In this document: piece by piece, positions 9,002 to 17,042 of the stretch
Position numbering within the stretch: position 1 is the stretch's first letter
How the letters are laid out: each line of letters opens with the position of its first letter
Source of the DNA: Actinomycetota bacterium
GTDB taxonomy: Bacteria > Actinomycetota > Actinomycetes > Actinomycetales > Micrococcaceae
Length of the DNA stretch: 32,000 nt
Assembly (NCBI GenBank): GCA_046730875.1
Contig: JBKPJW010000162.1
Location: forward strand, 2,680-34,679
Direction: 5' to 3'
Notes under the pieces: model-generated
What the model saw: only the letters and a program-made list of their open reading frames with translations
What the model was told of the DNA's origin: nothing
Database searches by the model: none
Translations under genes and position numbers: made by a program

Positions 9002-11088
9002 GCGGGCCTACCGCGCCGGCGCCCAGTATCGATCCGGTCGCGGTGATTCGTTCCAGGCCGTACATCGCTGCGCTTGTGCTGGCCGCGGTCTTGGGCGTTC
9101 CCGTCTCGGCCATTGCGTACGGTTTTCTCGCTTTGGTCACGGCGATCCAGCGCTTCCTCTTCATCGGACTGCCGAATCAAGTCTTTGGGAGTCCTGCTCC
9201 TGCGTGGTGGCCGGTTCCGTGGTTGGTTCTGTGTGGGCTGTTGACGGCGTTGACCATCCGGTATCTTCCGGGAACCGGGGGGCACTCACCTGCTCTCGGA
9301 TTCAAAATGGGCGGTGGTCCGGCCAGCGGTCGGGAGCTCGTGGGCATCGTTCTCGCGGCGCTGACCACACTCAGCCTGGGTGCGGTGCTCGGGCCCGAGG
9401 GGCCGCTGATCGCGATCGGTGGCGGCCTCGGGGCGTTGGCGGTGCACCTGGTGAAGAAGGACGCTCCGCCGATGGCCCTGACAATCATGGCCTCGGCGGG
9501 CAGCTTCGCAGCGATCAGTACCCTGCTCGGGTCTCCGGTGCTCGGTGCTTTCCTGATCATGGAGGCCGCCGGGATCGGGGGAATGACGCTGAGTCTGATG
9601 GCCCTGCCCGGACTGCTTGCTTCTGGCGTCGGGGCGCTGGTGTTCGTCGGCCTGGACGGCTGGACCGGGTTGGGCAGCTTCTCGCTGGCGCTGCCCGTGG
9701 TGCCGCCCGCGGTGCCGCCGACGCTGGCGACGTTGGGCTGGGCGGTGATCATGGGCGCGGTCGGCGCGCTGCTGGGATGGTTGATCCGGCGGGTCGCCCT
9801 GTCGCTTCGTCCGGTGGTGCATGCGAACCGGGTGTTGATGACGTCGGCGCTCGGCTTGCTGATCGGTCTTACCGCGATGGCGTACCAGCTGATCTCGGGG
9901 CGCAGCTTCACCCAGGTGTTGTTCTCGGGGCAGGACGCACTTCCGGAGCTGGTCGAACACGCCGCGGACTACTCGCTTCCCGTGCTGGTCCTGCTGATCG
10001 CTTGCAAGACCTTGGCCTACGGGCTCTCGCTGAGCGCATTTCGTGGCGGGCCGGTATTCCCGTCGATGTTCATCGGTGCGGCGCTCGGTATTGCTGCGAG
10101 CGGGTTGCCCGGCATGAATCTTGCGGCAGGGATCGGCATGGGCATGGGAGCCATGTGCGCAGCCATGCTGCGGCTGCCGTTGACGTCGACGCTGCTGGCC
10201 ACGCTGCTGCTGGGTGTGGACGGCGTGGCTGTAACCCCGCAGGTGGTGGTGGCTGTTGCCGTGGCCTTCGTGATCACCAATGTGCTCCCGAGCCCCGGCC
10301 CCGGCCCCGGCCCGGGCCCGTCGGCGTCCGTGGCCCCTAACGGAGTCGGCAGCGTCCAACATCGGGCTCCCTCAAGGCCCGATCATGCGCAGGAGATCTC
10401 GAGTGCGGGCGGTTCGAGCGCACGGGGCCGGTGGATCGCCTGGTTGTTCATCATTGGCTCGAGTCTGTTCGCCTTGGGGGCGGTGCCGTTATACGCCGAG
10501 GCCGTGGGACTGCGCTGGTGTGCAGTCACATTCTTCGTCGGTTCGCTGTTCTTCACCGGTGCGGCGTTCCTGCAGTACCGCGAAGCCGTTGACGCGCTCC
10601 CGGCCATGGGTGCCACGCGGCGCCACTCGTTCTGGGTATGGGCGCCGCAGAATCTCGGCTGGCTCGCCGGCGCGATTCAACTTGCCGGCACGCTGTGGTT
10701 CAACTGGAGTACGGGAAACGCAGTGCGGGACAATCTCAGCGCGGCGCTGACCGAGCAGCGGGTGTGGCGACCCGACGCTCTGGGTTCAGTCGCCTTCCTC
10801 GTTGCCAGCGGTGTGGCGTTGCGGGATGCCGGTCGCGGAGCCATTGCCGGGCGGCCCAGGCCTCGGACGTGGAAGATCGGCGTGATCAACGTGGCCGGCT
10901 CCGTTGCGTTCGGAATCTCGGCCGTCGCGGCCTTTGTCATACCGTCGAGCGGCGATGTCTGGAACGCCGAACTGTCCAATCTCGGCACACTCGTGGGAGC
11001 CCTGTGCTTCCTCGTCGGCGCGATTCTGATGCTGAGTCCAGAATCCACCGACGCCTCGGTTCCTGCGGAGCGGGGAACTTATCCGTAA
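8989..11088 (+). CDS. ClC family voltage-gated chloride channel / H+-Cl- antiporter homologue fused to a C-terminal 6-TM repeat domain
   Basis: The N-terminal ~430 aa has ClC hallmarks: LGPEGPLIAIGGGLG (the GxEGP gating-glutamate motif), RGGPVFPSMFIGAALG and many TM helices. An SPGPGPGPGPS linker at 10291-10323 is followed by ~250 aa with three pairs of TM helices (WLFIIGSSLFALG / FFVGSLFFTGAAFLQY and so on). The start is either 8989 or 8998. Confidence 0.85.
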   Translation: MPAMSGPTAPAPSIDPVAVIRSRPYIAALVLAAVLGVPVSAIAYGFLALVTAIQRFLFIGLPNQVFGSPAPAWWPVPWLVLCGLLTALTIRYLPGTGGHSPALGFKMGGGPASGRELVGIVLAALTTLSLGAVLGPEGPLIAIGGGLGALAVHLVKKDAPPMALTIMASAGSFAAISTLLGSPVLGAFLIMEAAGIGGMTLSLMALPGLLASGVGALVFVGLDGWTGLGSFSLALPVVPPAVPPTLATLGWAVIMGAVGALLGWLIRRVALSLRPVVHANRVLMTSALGLLIGLTAMAYQLISGRSFTQVLFSGQDALPELVEHAADYSLPVLVLLIACKTLAYGLSLSAFRGGPVFPSMFIGAALGIAASGLPGMNLAAGIGMGMGAMCAAMLRLPLTSTLLATLLLGVDGVAVTPQVVVAVAVAFVITNVLPSPGPGPGPGPSASVAPNGVGSVQHRAPSRPDHAQEISSAGGSSARGRWIAWLFIIGSSLFALGAVPLYAEAVGLRWCAVTFFVGSLFFTGAAFLQYREAVDALPAMGATRRHSFWVWAPQNLGWLAGAIQLAGTLWFNWSTGNAVRDNLSAALTEQRVWRPDALGSVAFLVASGVALRDAGRGAIAGRPRPRTWKIGVINVAGSVAFGISAVAAFVIPSSGDVWNAELSNLGTLVGALCFLVGAILMLSPESTDASVPAERGTYP

Positions 11089-11118
11089 CCCCTTTCAACA
11101 GTCTCTGAAGGAGAAGTG

Positions 11119-12498
11119 ATGTCAGTAAATTCACAGCCGACAGATGTCAACGCGGCGCTGTTCGGCAACAGATTTGTCACCCAGGAGGTTCCGAGCCGGG
11201 AGTTCCCGGAGACCGGCATACCTGCTGAGGACGCTTTGCGGCTGGTGTCGGAGGACCTGGCACTGGAGGGTGATCCGGCCCGGAACCTTGCGACCTTCGT
11301 GACGACATGGATGGAGCCGCAGGCCCAGCGGATCATCGCCGCGAACCTGCACCGCAATTTCATCGACCACGCCGAATATCCCCGCACGGCCGAGATCGAG
11401 CAGCGCTGCATTCGGATGCTCGCAGACCTCTTCCACGCGCCCGGCGAGACGACGGGAGCCCGAACCCAGGGATCATCCGAGGCGATCATGCTCGGCGGTC
11501 TGTCCCTGAAGTGGAACTGGCGCAAGCGTCGCGAGGCCGCCGGCGCGTCGACCTCGAGCCCGAACCTGGTGTTCGGCGGCGACGTGCATGTCGTGTGGGA
11601 GAAGTTCTGCCGCTACTTCGACGTCGAGCCGCGGATCGTGCCGCTGAAGCCAGCGAAGTATACGATCGGCCCGGACGACGTGCAGGCCCATATCGATGAG
11701 AACACCATCGGTGTGGCGGCCGTGCTGGGTACGACGTTCACCGGGCACAAGGACGACATCGTCGGCATCAATGACCTGCTGCTACGGATCAAGCGCGAGC
11801 GAGGCCTTGATGTGCCGCTGCACGTGGACGGGGCCAGTGGGGGTTTCGTCTGGCCCTTCCTCTACCCGGACTCCGAGTGGGACTTCCGGCTCGAGCAGGT
11901 CCGCTCGATAAATGTTTCCGGGCACAAGTTCGGACTGGTCTATCCCGGCATCGGCTGGCTGATCTTCCGGGAGAAGGCCGACCTTGCCAAGGATCTCGTC
12001 TTCGAGGAGAACTACCTCGGCAAGACCGACTCGACCTTCACCCTGAACTTCTCCACCGGCTCGTCGATGGTCCTCGCCCAGTACTACAACTTCGTGCGCT
12101 ATGGTCGCGCCGGCTACACGTACATCATGCAGAACATGCAGACCAACGCCCGCGTGCTGGCCGAGAAGTTGGAGGCCATGGGCCGGTTCGAGATCATCGG
12201 TCCCGACGAGGAGCAACTTCCCCTGGTCGCGTTCCGGCTCGCGGCCGACACCGGGTACGACGAGTTCGACATCGCCTGGCAGCTCTCTGCCGAGCGCGGC
12301 TGGATGGTGCCGGCCTACACCCTGCCGCCGAACGCCCAAGACGTGACGATCATGCGGGCCCTGGTCAAGGAAACGATGAGCCGCGAGCACGTCGACACGC
12401 TCGCCCGGGACATTGAAGAGGCGTGCTCCACGCTGGCGAAGAAGGGCGGCGCGCACGAATCCGAACGGAAGAAGATCGTCACCGGACCGGGCCATTGA
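11119..12498 (+). CDS. gadB: glutamate decarboxylase (PLP-dependent)
   Basis: About 459 aa with the SINVSGHKFGLVYPGIGWLIFRE PLip-lysine motif region (PLP-lysine motif) and strong overall resemblance to GadA/GadB. GAAGGAGA SD at 11107-11114. ATG at 11119 is preferred over GTG at 11116. The gene begins 30 nt after the ClC stop. Confidence 0.93.
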   Translation: MSVNSQPTDVNAALFGNRFVTQEVPSREFPETGIPAEDALRLVSEDLALEGDPARNLATFVTTWMEPQAQRIIAANLHRNFIDHAEYPRTAEIEQRCIRMLADLFHAPGETTGARTQGSSEAIMLGGLSLKWNWRKRREAAGASTSSPNLVFGGDVHVVWEKFCRYFDVEPRIVPLKPAKYTIGPDDVQAHIDENTIGVAAVLGTTFTGHKDDIVGINDLLLRIKRERGLDVPLHVDGASGGFVWPFLYPDSEWDFRLEQVRSINVSGHKFGLVYPGIGWLIFREKADLAKDLVFEENYLGKTDSTFTLNFSTGSSMVLAQYYNFVRYGRAGYTYIMQNMQTNARVLAEKLEAMGRFEIIGPDEEQLPLVAFRLAADTGYDEFDIAWQLSAERGWMVPAYTLPPNAQDVTIMRALVKETMSREHVDTLARDIEEACSTLAKKGGAHESERKKIVTGPGH

Positions 12499-12530
12499 CC
12501 CGTGCCCGTAGCCCCCTGCCCGGAGTGAAG

Positions 12531-12770
12531 TCAGCCGGGATGGCCGCTCCGATGAGCTTTGAGCGCGTCGGCTCTGATCCACTTTCTGATCAGGAATGCG
12601 TCCAGAACGAACGAAGCAGCGAGGATAGTCCAGAAAATCGATTCTGGCGCCAGACTGGCAAACACCCACACTCCGGCTGCAACCACGGAGCCAGCGGAGA
12701 CGTAGCCGTACATTCGACGCGCAGAGGTCGCAAATCGTGCCTCCTGCGTCTCGCGAAAGTAGTTCAGCAT
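12531..12770 (-). CDS. hypothetical small membrane protein (79 aa, two predicted TM helices)
   Basis: The ORF MLNYFRETQEARFATSARRMYGYVSAGSVVAAGVWVFASLAPESIFWTILAASFVLDAFLIRKWIRADALKAHRSGHPG has two hydrophobic stretches and a GGGGAGA SD-like sequence upstream. I recognise no family. Confidence 0.45.
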   Translation of the reverse strand: MLNYFRETQEARFATSARRMYGYVSAGSVVAAGVWVFASLAPESIFWTILAASFVLDAFLIRKWIRADALKAHRSGHPG

Positions 12771-12867
12771 TAGTCTCCCCGGGTTCGAATCGGAGCTTAC
12801 CGCACTGGTTCCGCCAACTAACGTTATTAGATAGGCGCCAGAGCCCTGCGATTCAAAACCTCACCGG

Positions 12868-12931
12868 GTGGGGGAGCGTGTGGGGTTTTGGTGCGGTACG
12901 TGGGGGAGGGTTTGGGTTTTTGGTGCGAAAG
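12868..12931. repeat. two tandem ~32-nt G-rich direct repeats
   Basis: GTGGGGGAGCGTGTGGGGTTTTGGTGCG (12868-12895) and GTGGGGGAGGGTTTGGGTTTTTGGTGCG (12900-12927) match at 25/28 positions with a 32-nt period. They lie just downstream of the ABC ATPase stop codon. Confidence 0.65.
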
Positions 12932-12955
12932 GTGAGGGAGCGCTGTGGCCGTCGG

Positions 12956-13717
12956 TCACGCCTCCTGGTCCCGGGCCTCGCCGTAGGGCACGACGACGGT
13001 GCGGCGGGCCGTGCCGCCGTCGGAATAGGGGAGCGTCCTGACGGGAACGCCGTACAGGGCCGTGAGCGCGGGCTCCGTGAGCAGCTGCGCTGCCGGCCCG
13101 GTCAGTGCTCGTCCGCTGCCCAGGAGGACGGCCTGGTCGGCCAGATGCAGGGCATGGTCGGGATGGTGCGTGCTCAGCAGCAGGGCCATCCCGTCTGCCA
13201 TCAACTCGCGCAGGAGCGAGAGGACTCGCACCTGGTTCTTGAGATCGAGACCCGTGGCGGGCTCGTCCAGCACCAGCACAGGGCATCCCGTGGCGATGGC
13301 CCGCGCTATCAGGACCAGCTGTTGCTCGCCGCCGCTCAGGGTGGGGAAGCGGCGGTCCTGCAGGCCTTCGACGCCGACCTTTTCCATTGCCGCCAGGGCC
13401 GCGACCCGGTCCGCGGTTCCCGGTGTCCGGAAGATCCCTATCAGCCGGGCCCTGCCCATCAGGACCATGTCCAGGGCGCTGTATCCGAAAGCGCCGCCGC
13501 CGCGGGCCTGCGGGACATACCCGACGCCGTCTGAGCGGCGGACCGTTCCTTCCGCCGGCTCCAGCAGTCCGGCAGCGCATCGGACCAGCGTGGTCTTGCC
13601 GCTGCCGTTCGGGCCCAGCACCGCGGTGGCCGTCCCCGGATCCACCCGGAAACTGACACCCCGGAAAACCCAGGCCCGCCGGGCGTAGCCGAATCCCACA
13701 CCGTCCAGCTCAAGCAC
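12956..13717 (-). CDS. ABC transporter ATP-binding protein (FecE/BtuD-type)
   Basis: Walker A GPNGSGKTT, signature LSGGEQQ, Walker B LVLDEP. The GTG start at 13717 overlaps the permease stop by 8 nt. Confidence 0.9.
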   Translation of the reverse strand: MLELDGVGFGYARRAWVFRGVSFRVDPGTATAVLGPNGSGKTTLVRCAAGLLEPAEGTVRRSDGVGYVPQARGGGAFGYSALDMVLMGRARLIGIFRTPGTADRVAALAAMEKVGVEGLQDRRFPTLSGGEQQLVLIARAIATGCPVLVLDEPATGLDLKNQVRVLSLLRELMADGMALLLSTHHPDHALHLADQAVLLGSGRALTGPAAQLLTEPALTALYGVPVRTLPYSDGGTARRTVVVPYGEARDQEA

Positions 13718-14903
13718 TTTCCCAGATCCGATCCCGGTTCTGGCGGAGCAGCAGGAAGAACACAGGGGCGCCGATCAAAGCGGTGAGGACACCCAGCGGG
13801 ATCTCCCCGGCGGTTGCGGTGCGGGCAATGGTGTCCACAAGGACAATGTAGGCGCCGCCGAGGAGGAAGGAGACGGGCAGGAGCACCCGATGATCCGGGC
13901 CCACCCACATGCGGGCCAGGTGCGGTATCACCAGGCCCACCCAGCTGACCGCGCCGCTGACGGCCACCGCTCCGGCCACGATCAGGGCCACCGCAATCAG
14001 CACCACCCAGCGCAGGGGACGCGGCGCGACACCCAAGGCCGCGGCGTCCTCGTCGCCCAGGGAGAGCACATTGATGCGCCAGCGCAGCGCCACCAGCACC
14101 GCGGCTCCGCCCAGCACCGGCAGCAGCGCCACGGCGACCTTCGTATAGGTGGCCGTAGCCACGCTGCCCAGCAGCCAGAAGACAATCGCCGGCAGGGTGG
14201 TATTCGGGTCCGCGATGTAGGTGACCAGTGCGACGAGGGCGGAGAAGAACGACCCCGTGACCACCCCGCCGAGAACGATCATCAGCATCGGTGTCCCCCC
14301 GCGGCCGGACGTGATCAGGAGAAGCGTTCCGAGGGCTACCAGGCCGAAGAAGAAGGAACTCGCCACAAGGAGGAAAGGGCCCAGCCCCAGGAGCAGCGCC
14401 AGCGCGCCGCCGAAGGACGCCCCGGCGGAGACGCCGATGATCTCGGGACTGACCAGCGGATTGCGGAAAATCGCCTGCAGAGCAGCGCCGCCGATCGCCA
14501 GCCCGCCGCCGACGAGCACCGCGAGCAGCACCCGCGGCATCCGGACGAGCAAAACTACGTTCTGCTCAGTCTGGCTAGCGTCGAGGGGGAAGGGCACCAC
14601 CTGGGCGGCGAGGATCTGGACAACGTGCAGGGGCGGCACGCTGAACCGGCCCAAGGCCAGCGACAGCACCGAGACGACGATGAGCACACCCGCGGCGGTG
14701 GCAATGGGTCCCAGGACTGCCGGCCCGGCCCTTGGCGGACGACTCGCTGCCGGCCCGCTGTCTCCCGCAACCCTGCCTCCCGGAGCACCGGTAAGATCCC
14801 TTCCAGATAACCGGCCCCGCTGGTGCAGTCCTTGCCGGGAGGGGGTTCCTTCAGCCCGCTTGCTGCGGCCGTTCAGCCGCGCCGAGCTGCCTTCATGCAG
14901 CAT
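13710..14903 (-). CDS. FecCD/BtuC-family ABC transporter permease
   Basis: Polytopic membrane protein with MPRVLLAVLVGGGLAIGGAALQAIFRNPLVSPEIIGVSAGA, typical of iron-chelate/cobalamin-type permeases. The N-terminal ~60 aa are non-conserved-looking, so the true start may lie downstream of 14903. Confidence 0.87.
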   Translation of the reverse strand: MLHEGSSARLNGRSKRAEGTPSRQGLHQRGRLSGRDLTGAPGGRVAGDSGPAASRPPRAGPAVLGPIATAAGVLIVVSVLSLALGRFSVPPLHVVQILAAQVVPFPLDASQTEQNVVLLVRMPRVLLAVLVGGGLAIGGAALQAIFRNPLVSPEIIGVSAGASFGGALALLLGLGPFLLVASSFFFGLVALGTLLLITSGRGGTPMLMIVLGGVVTGSFFSALVALVTYIADPNTTLPAIVFWLLGSVATATYTKVAVALLPVLGGAAVLVALRWRINVLSLGDEDAAALGVAPRPLRWVVLIAVALIVAGAVAVSGAVSWVGLVIPHLARMWVGPDHRVLLPVSFLLGGAYIVLVDTIARTATAGEIPLGVLTALIGAPVFFLLLRQNRDRIWESA

Positions 14904-16047
14904 TGAATTGTTGATAGTTGGCGGACTGGCTGTTGGCCTCGGCCCACAGGATCCGGTTCAGCTCATCCTCGGTAGGCTCGTGGTTGTACAGGAACTGGAA
15001 GTACTCGCGGACCTTGCTGCGCAGCCCGGACCGCTCCTGGGGAAAAGCAATATCGGTGAGCCAGTGCCACATGAGCGGTGATTCCTGGCCCGGAGGATCC
15101 CAGCGGTAGCCGCCGAGCGGAACCTTGTAGACGCGCCGCTCACGGACCGCGGAAACGTTCTGCCACACCGGGTCCGAGTAGATGTCCTGGGGCACGGCCT
15201 GGTCGAAGTTGCCCAGGAGGATCACCTCGGGGTCCCACCGCAGGACCTGCTCCACATCCAGGCCCACCATGCCCGTACCCGGTAGCGGGTCGGGGCCGGT
15301 AGCGGGGTTGGTCCCGCCGATGAGCTTGATGTAGAAGTCGTTGTAGGTGTTGGCTGCCGCGGCCTTGAGTCCGCCCGTGAACCGGTTGAAGTACAGGATG
15401 CTGGGGCCAGCGGAGCCGCGGCCCGCCGCCGCGGCCTTGATGTCGCCGAGTTCCTGGTCGCTGCGGGCCTTGATCTCGGTGGCCCGCTCGGGTTTGCCAA
15501 GCATGGCGGCGAACATCGCCACCCAGGCGTCCACGTCCTCCTGCTTTCCGTTGTTTTTTAGGCCGATGACCGTCAGCCCGGCGTTCTCGAGCGGCTCGAT
15601 CAGTTGGGCGTCGGACCACTGAATCACGACGTCCGGGTTCAGGGCACGCACGCTCTCCACATTGGGGGTGAAATCCTGGGTCGCGATGTCGTGGGGAAGC
15701 TCCAGTGCGCGCGGAAACATCGTTCCCATGATGCCGTCACGCATCGCGACCCAGGAAGCGTTGTGCATCGCGGTCAGATGGTCGGCGCTGCGGTCAACGG
15801 CGACCAGCAGCGAGGCTGACGGCATCGGTATGGTCACGACGGAAGTGACCGGCCGGGCGAAAGTGACGGTCTTGCCCCGCTGATCCGTGATGCTGATGGG
15901 TCCGGCGGCTGCGGAACCTGTCCCGCCGGCGGTGGGCGATGCGGCCGGGGGAGCGGTCGATGCTCCGCATCCGGTGAGGAGGGCTGCGGATCCGCCCGCC
16001 ACGAGGACCTGAAGCACGGTGCGGCGGTTCAGATCGTCGACTCGCAT
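14893..16047 (-). CDS. ABC transporter substrate-binding lipoprotein (periplasmic binding protein type 2, iron-chelate/cobalamin class) with a Tat-type signal
   Basis: MRVDDLNRRTVLQVLVAGGSAALLTGCGAS carries a twin-arginine motif plus the LTGC lipobox. The body resembles class III SBPs. It is the first gene of the SBP-permease-ATPase operon, whose genes overlap each other. Confidence 0.87.
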   Translation of the reverse strand: MRVDDLNRRTVLQVLVAGGSAALLTGCGASTAPPAASPTAGGTGSAAAGPISITDQRGKTVTFARPVTSVVTIPMPSASLLVAVDRSADHLTAMHNASWVAMRDGIMGTMFPRALELPHDIATQDFTPNVESVRALNPDVVIQWSDAQLIEPLENAGLTVIGLKNNGKQEDVDAWVAMFAAMLGKPERATEIKARSDQELGDIKAAAAGRGSAGPSILYFNRFTGGLKAAAANTYNDFYIKLIGGTNPATGPDPLPGTGMVGLDVEQVLRWDPEVILLGNFDQAVPQDIYSDPVWQNVSAVRERRVYKVPLGGYRWDPPGQESPLMWHWLTDIAFPQERSGLRSKVREYFQFLYNHEPTEDELNRILWAEANSQSANYQQFNAA

Positions 16048-16261
16048 GCTTTAACCCCCTGTGCGTAGGTTCTTCACAGCATCCGCCTCGTGGTCAGGGC
16101 TGTCAATCGGCCCTGCCGGGCCAGGCCCGGCCCCGGCCAGAGCGCCGGCCCCGGCGGAGCGCCTGCCCCGTCCAATGCCGTGCCCGCCCAGAGCCCGCCC
16201 CTTGTCGGGGCCTGGGGGCGGTGCTACGTTCAAAGGACCTTGCGCAGAAGGTGGCCAGATC

Positions 16262-17041
16262 ATGCTTCTTGACGGTGCCCAGCTTTTTGTCCGCTATGCC
16301 TACCCGCCCAATTCGAGGGGCAGTTGCGGTCCGCCCGACAGTGATGCTCTGCTGCATTACGGCCAGTCCGGCGTGACGGACCAGGGTCTTCGCCAGCTGG
16401 CCAAAGGCTTCGCCGGGGCGTGGCCTTACCTGGAGCTGATTGCGGCCTCCACCGGCATACGGGATCCCCTCGACTACCGCGTGGTGGAAGCCTACTGGGT
16501 GGGGAACAGCCTCCTGGACTCCGTGGGCATCACCAACATCGGCAACTCCATGGAGGACCGGTTCCGCGCCCGCACGGGACATCAATTCCCGCACCTGGTG
16601 GAAGGCGTCCTTGCCGGCGGGGTTCCGCACCACAGTTTCCACGTTTTCGAGATCTATCCCTGGCTCGGTCTACTCCATGACGACCGGCGCCATGCCACGG
16701 CCTTGAGCGTGCTCGACCGGTGCCGCATCCGCTGGGGCGAGGTGCTGGCGGTTTCCGGCGACGATGCCGTGGTCCGGTCCAGGCCCCTGGTCTGGGACGG
16801 AACCTCGCTGTCCGTGGGTGAACCCGTGGTGGAGTCGGCCAAATATGCGGTGAACGGAGCCGGTTTCGTGGCGGGGCTCGCCGCCGGAGACATCGTCTCG
16901 CTCCACTGGGACTGGGTGTGCGACCGGCTCTCACCGGGTCAGCTGGAGCGCCTAAAGCACTTCACGGCACGGCATCTGCGGATCGCCAACGACGGCGTCG
17001 AGCACCGGGGCGCGGCCATCGCCCTGGAGCGCCAAGGCTGA
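16262..17041 (+). CDS. conserved hypothetical protein, DUF6390-like
   Basis: 259 aa from MLLDGAQLFVRYAYPPNSRGSCGP. Motifs such as EAYWVGN, HHSFHVF and LHWDWVCD match my memory of DUF6390 proteins found near actinobacterial hydrogenase maturation genes. GAAGGTGG SD lies upstream of the ATG at 16262. Confidence 0.7.
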   Translation: MLLDGAQLFVRYAYPPNSRGSCGPPDSDALLHYGQSGVTDQGLRQLAKGFAGAWPYLELIAASTGIRDPLDYRVVEAYWVGNSLLDSVGITNIGNSMEDRFRARTGHQFPHLVEGVLAGGVPHHSFHVFEIYPWLGLLHDDRRHATALSVLDRCRIRWGEVLAVSGDDAVVRSRPLVWDGTSLSVGEPVVESAKYAVNGAGFVAGLAAGDIVSLHWDWVCDRLSPGQLERLKHFTARHLRIANDGVEHRGAAIALERQG

Positions 17042-17042
17042 G

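Noticed and set aside
9286-10362. 358-aa minus-strand ORF, plus the 466-aa plus-strand alternative-frame ORF at 8940-10340
   Set aside because: Both overlap the ClC coding frame, which has the ClC selectivity and gating motifs. The alternatives are Arg/Gly/His-rich with no TM helices.
12779-12795. tRNA-like T-arm sequence GGGTTCGAATC (possible tRNA or att remnant)
   Set aside because: I could not fold the flanks into a T-stem, anticodon arm or acceptor stem. The stretch coincides with the SD and 5' region of the 79-aa ORF. There is no integrase or direct-repeat partner nearby.
13890-15081. Two plus-strand ORFs of 306 and 286 aa
   Set aside because: They are antisense to the FecCD permease and the SBP gene. 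Their products are highly charged or Pro/Arg-rich and are not membrane-like, unlike the convincing minus-strand permease.
16048-16261. Possible cobalamin riboswitch upstream of the BtuCD/FecCD-type ABC operon
   Set aside because: I read the minus-strand leader and found no B12 box (GCCACTG-like core) and no ordered GGGAA / GGTGNNAATCC elements. Only generic GC-rich hairpins are present. A covariance-model scan would still be needed for a definitive answer.
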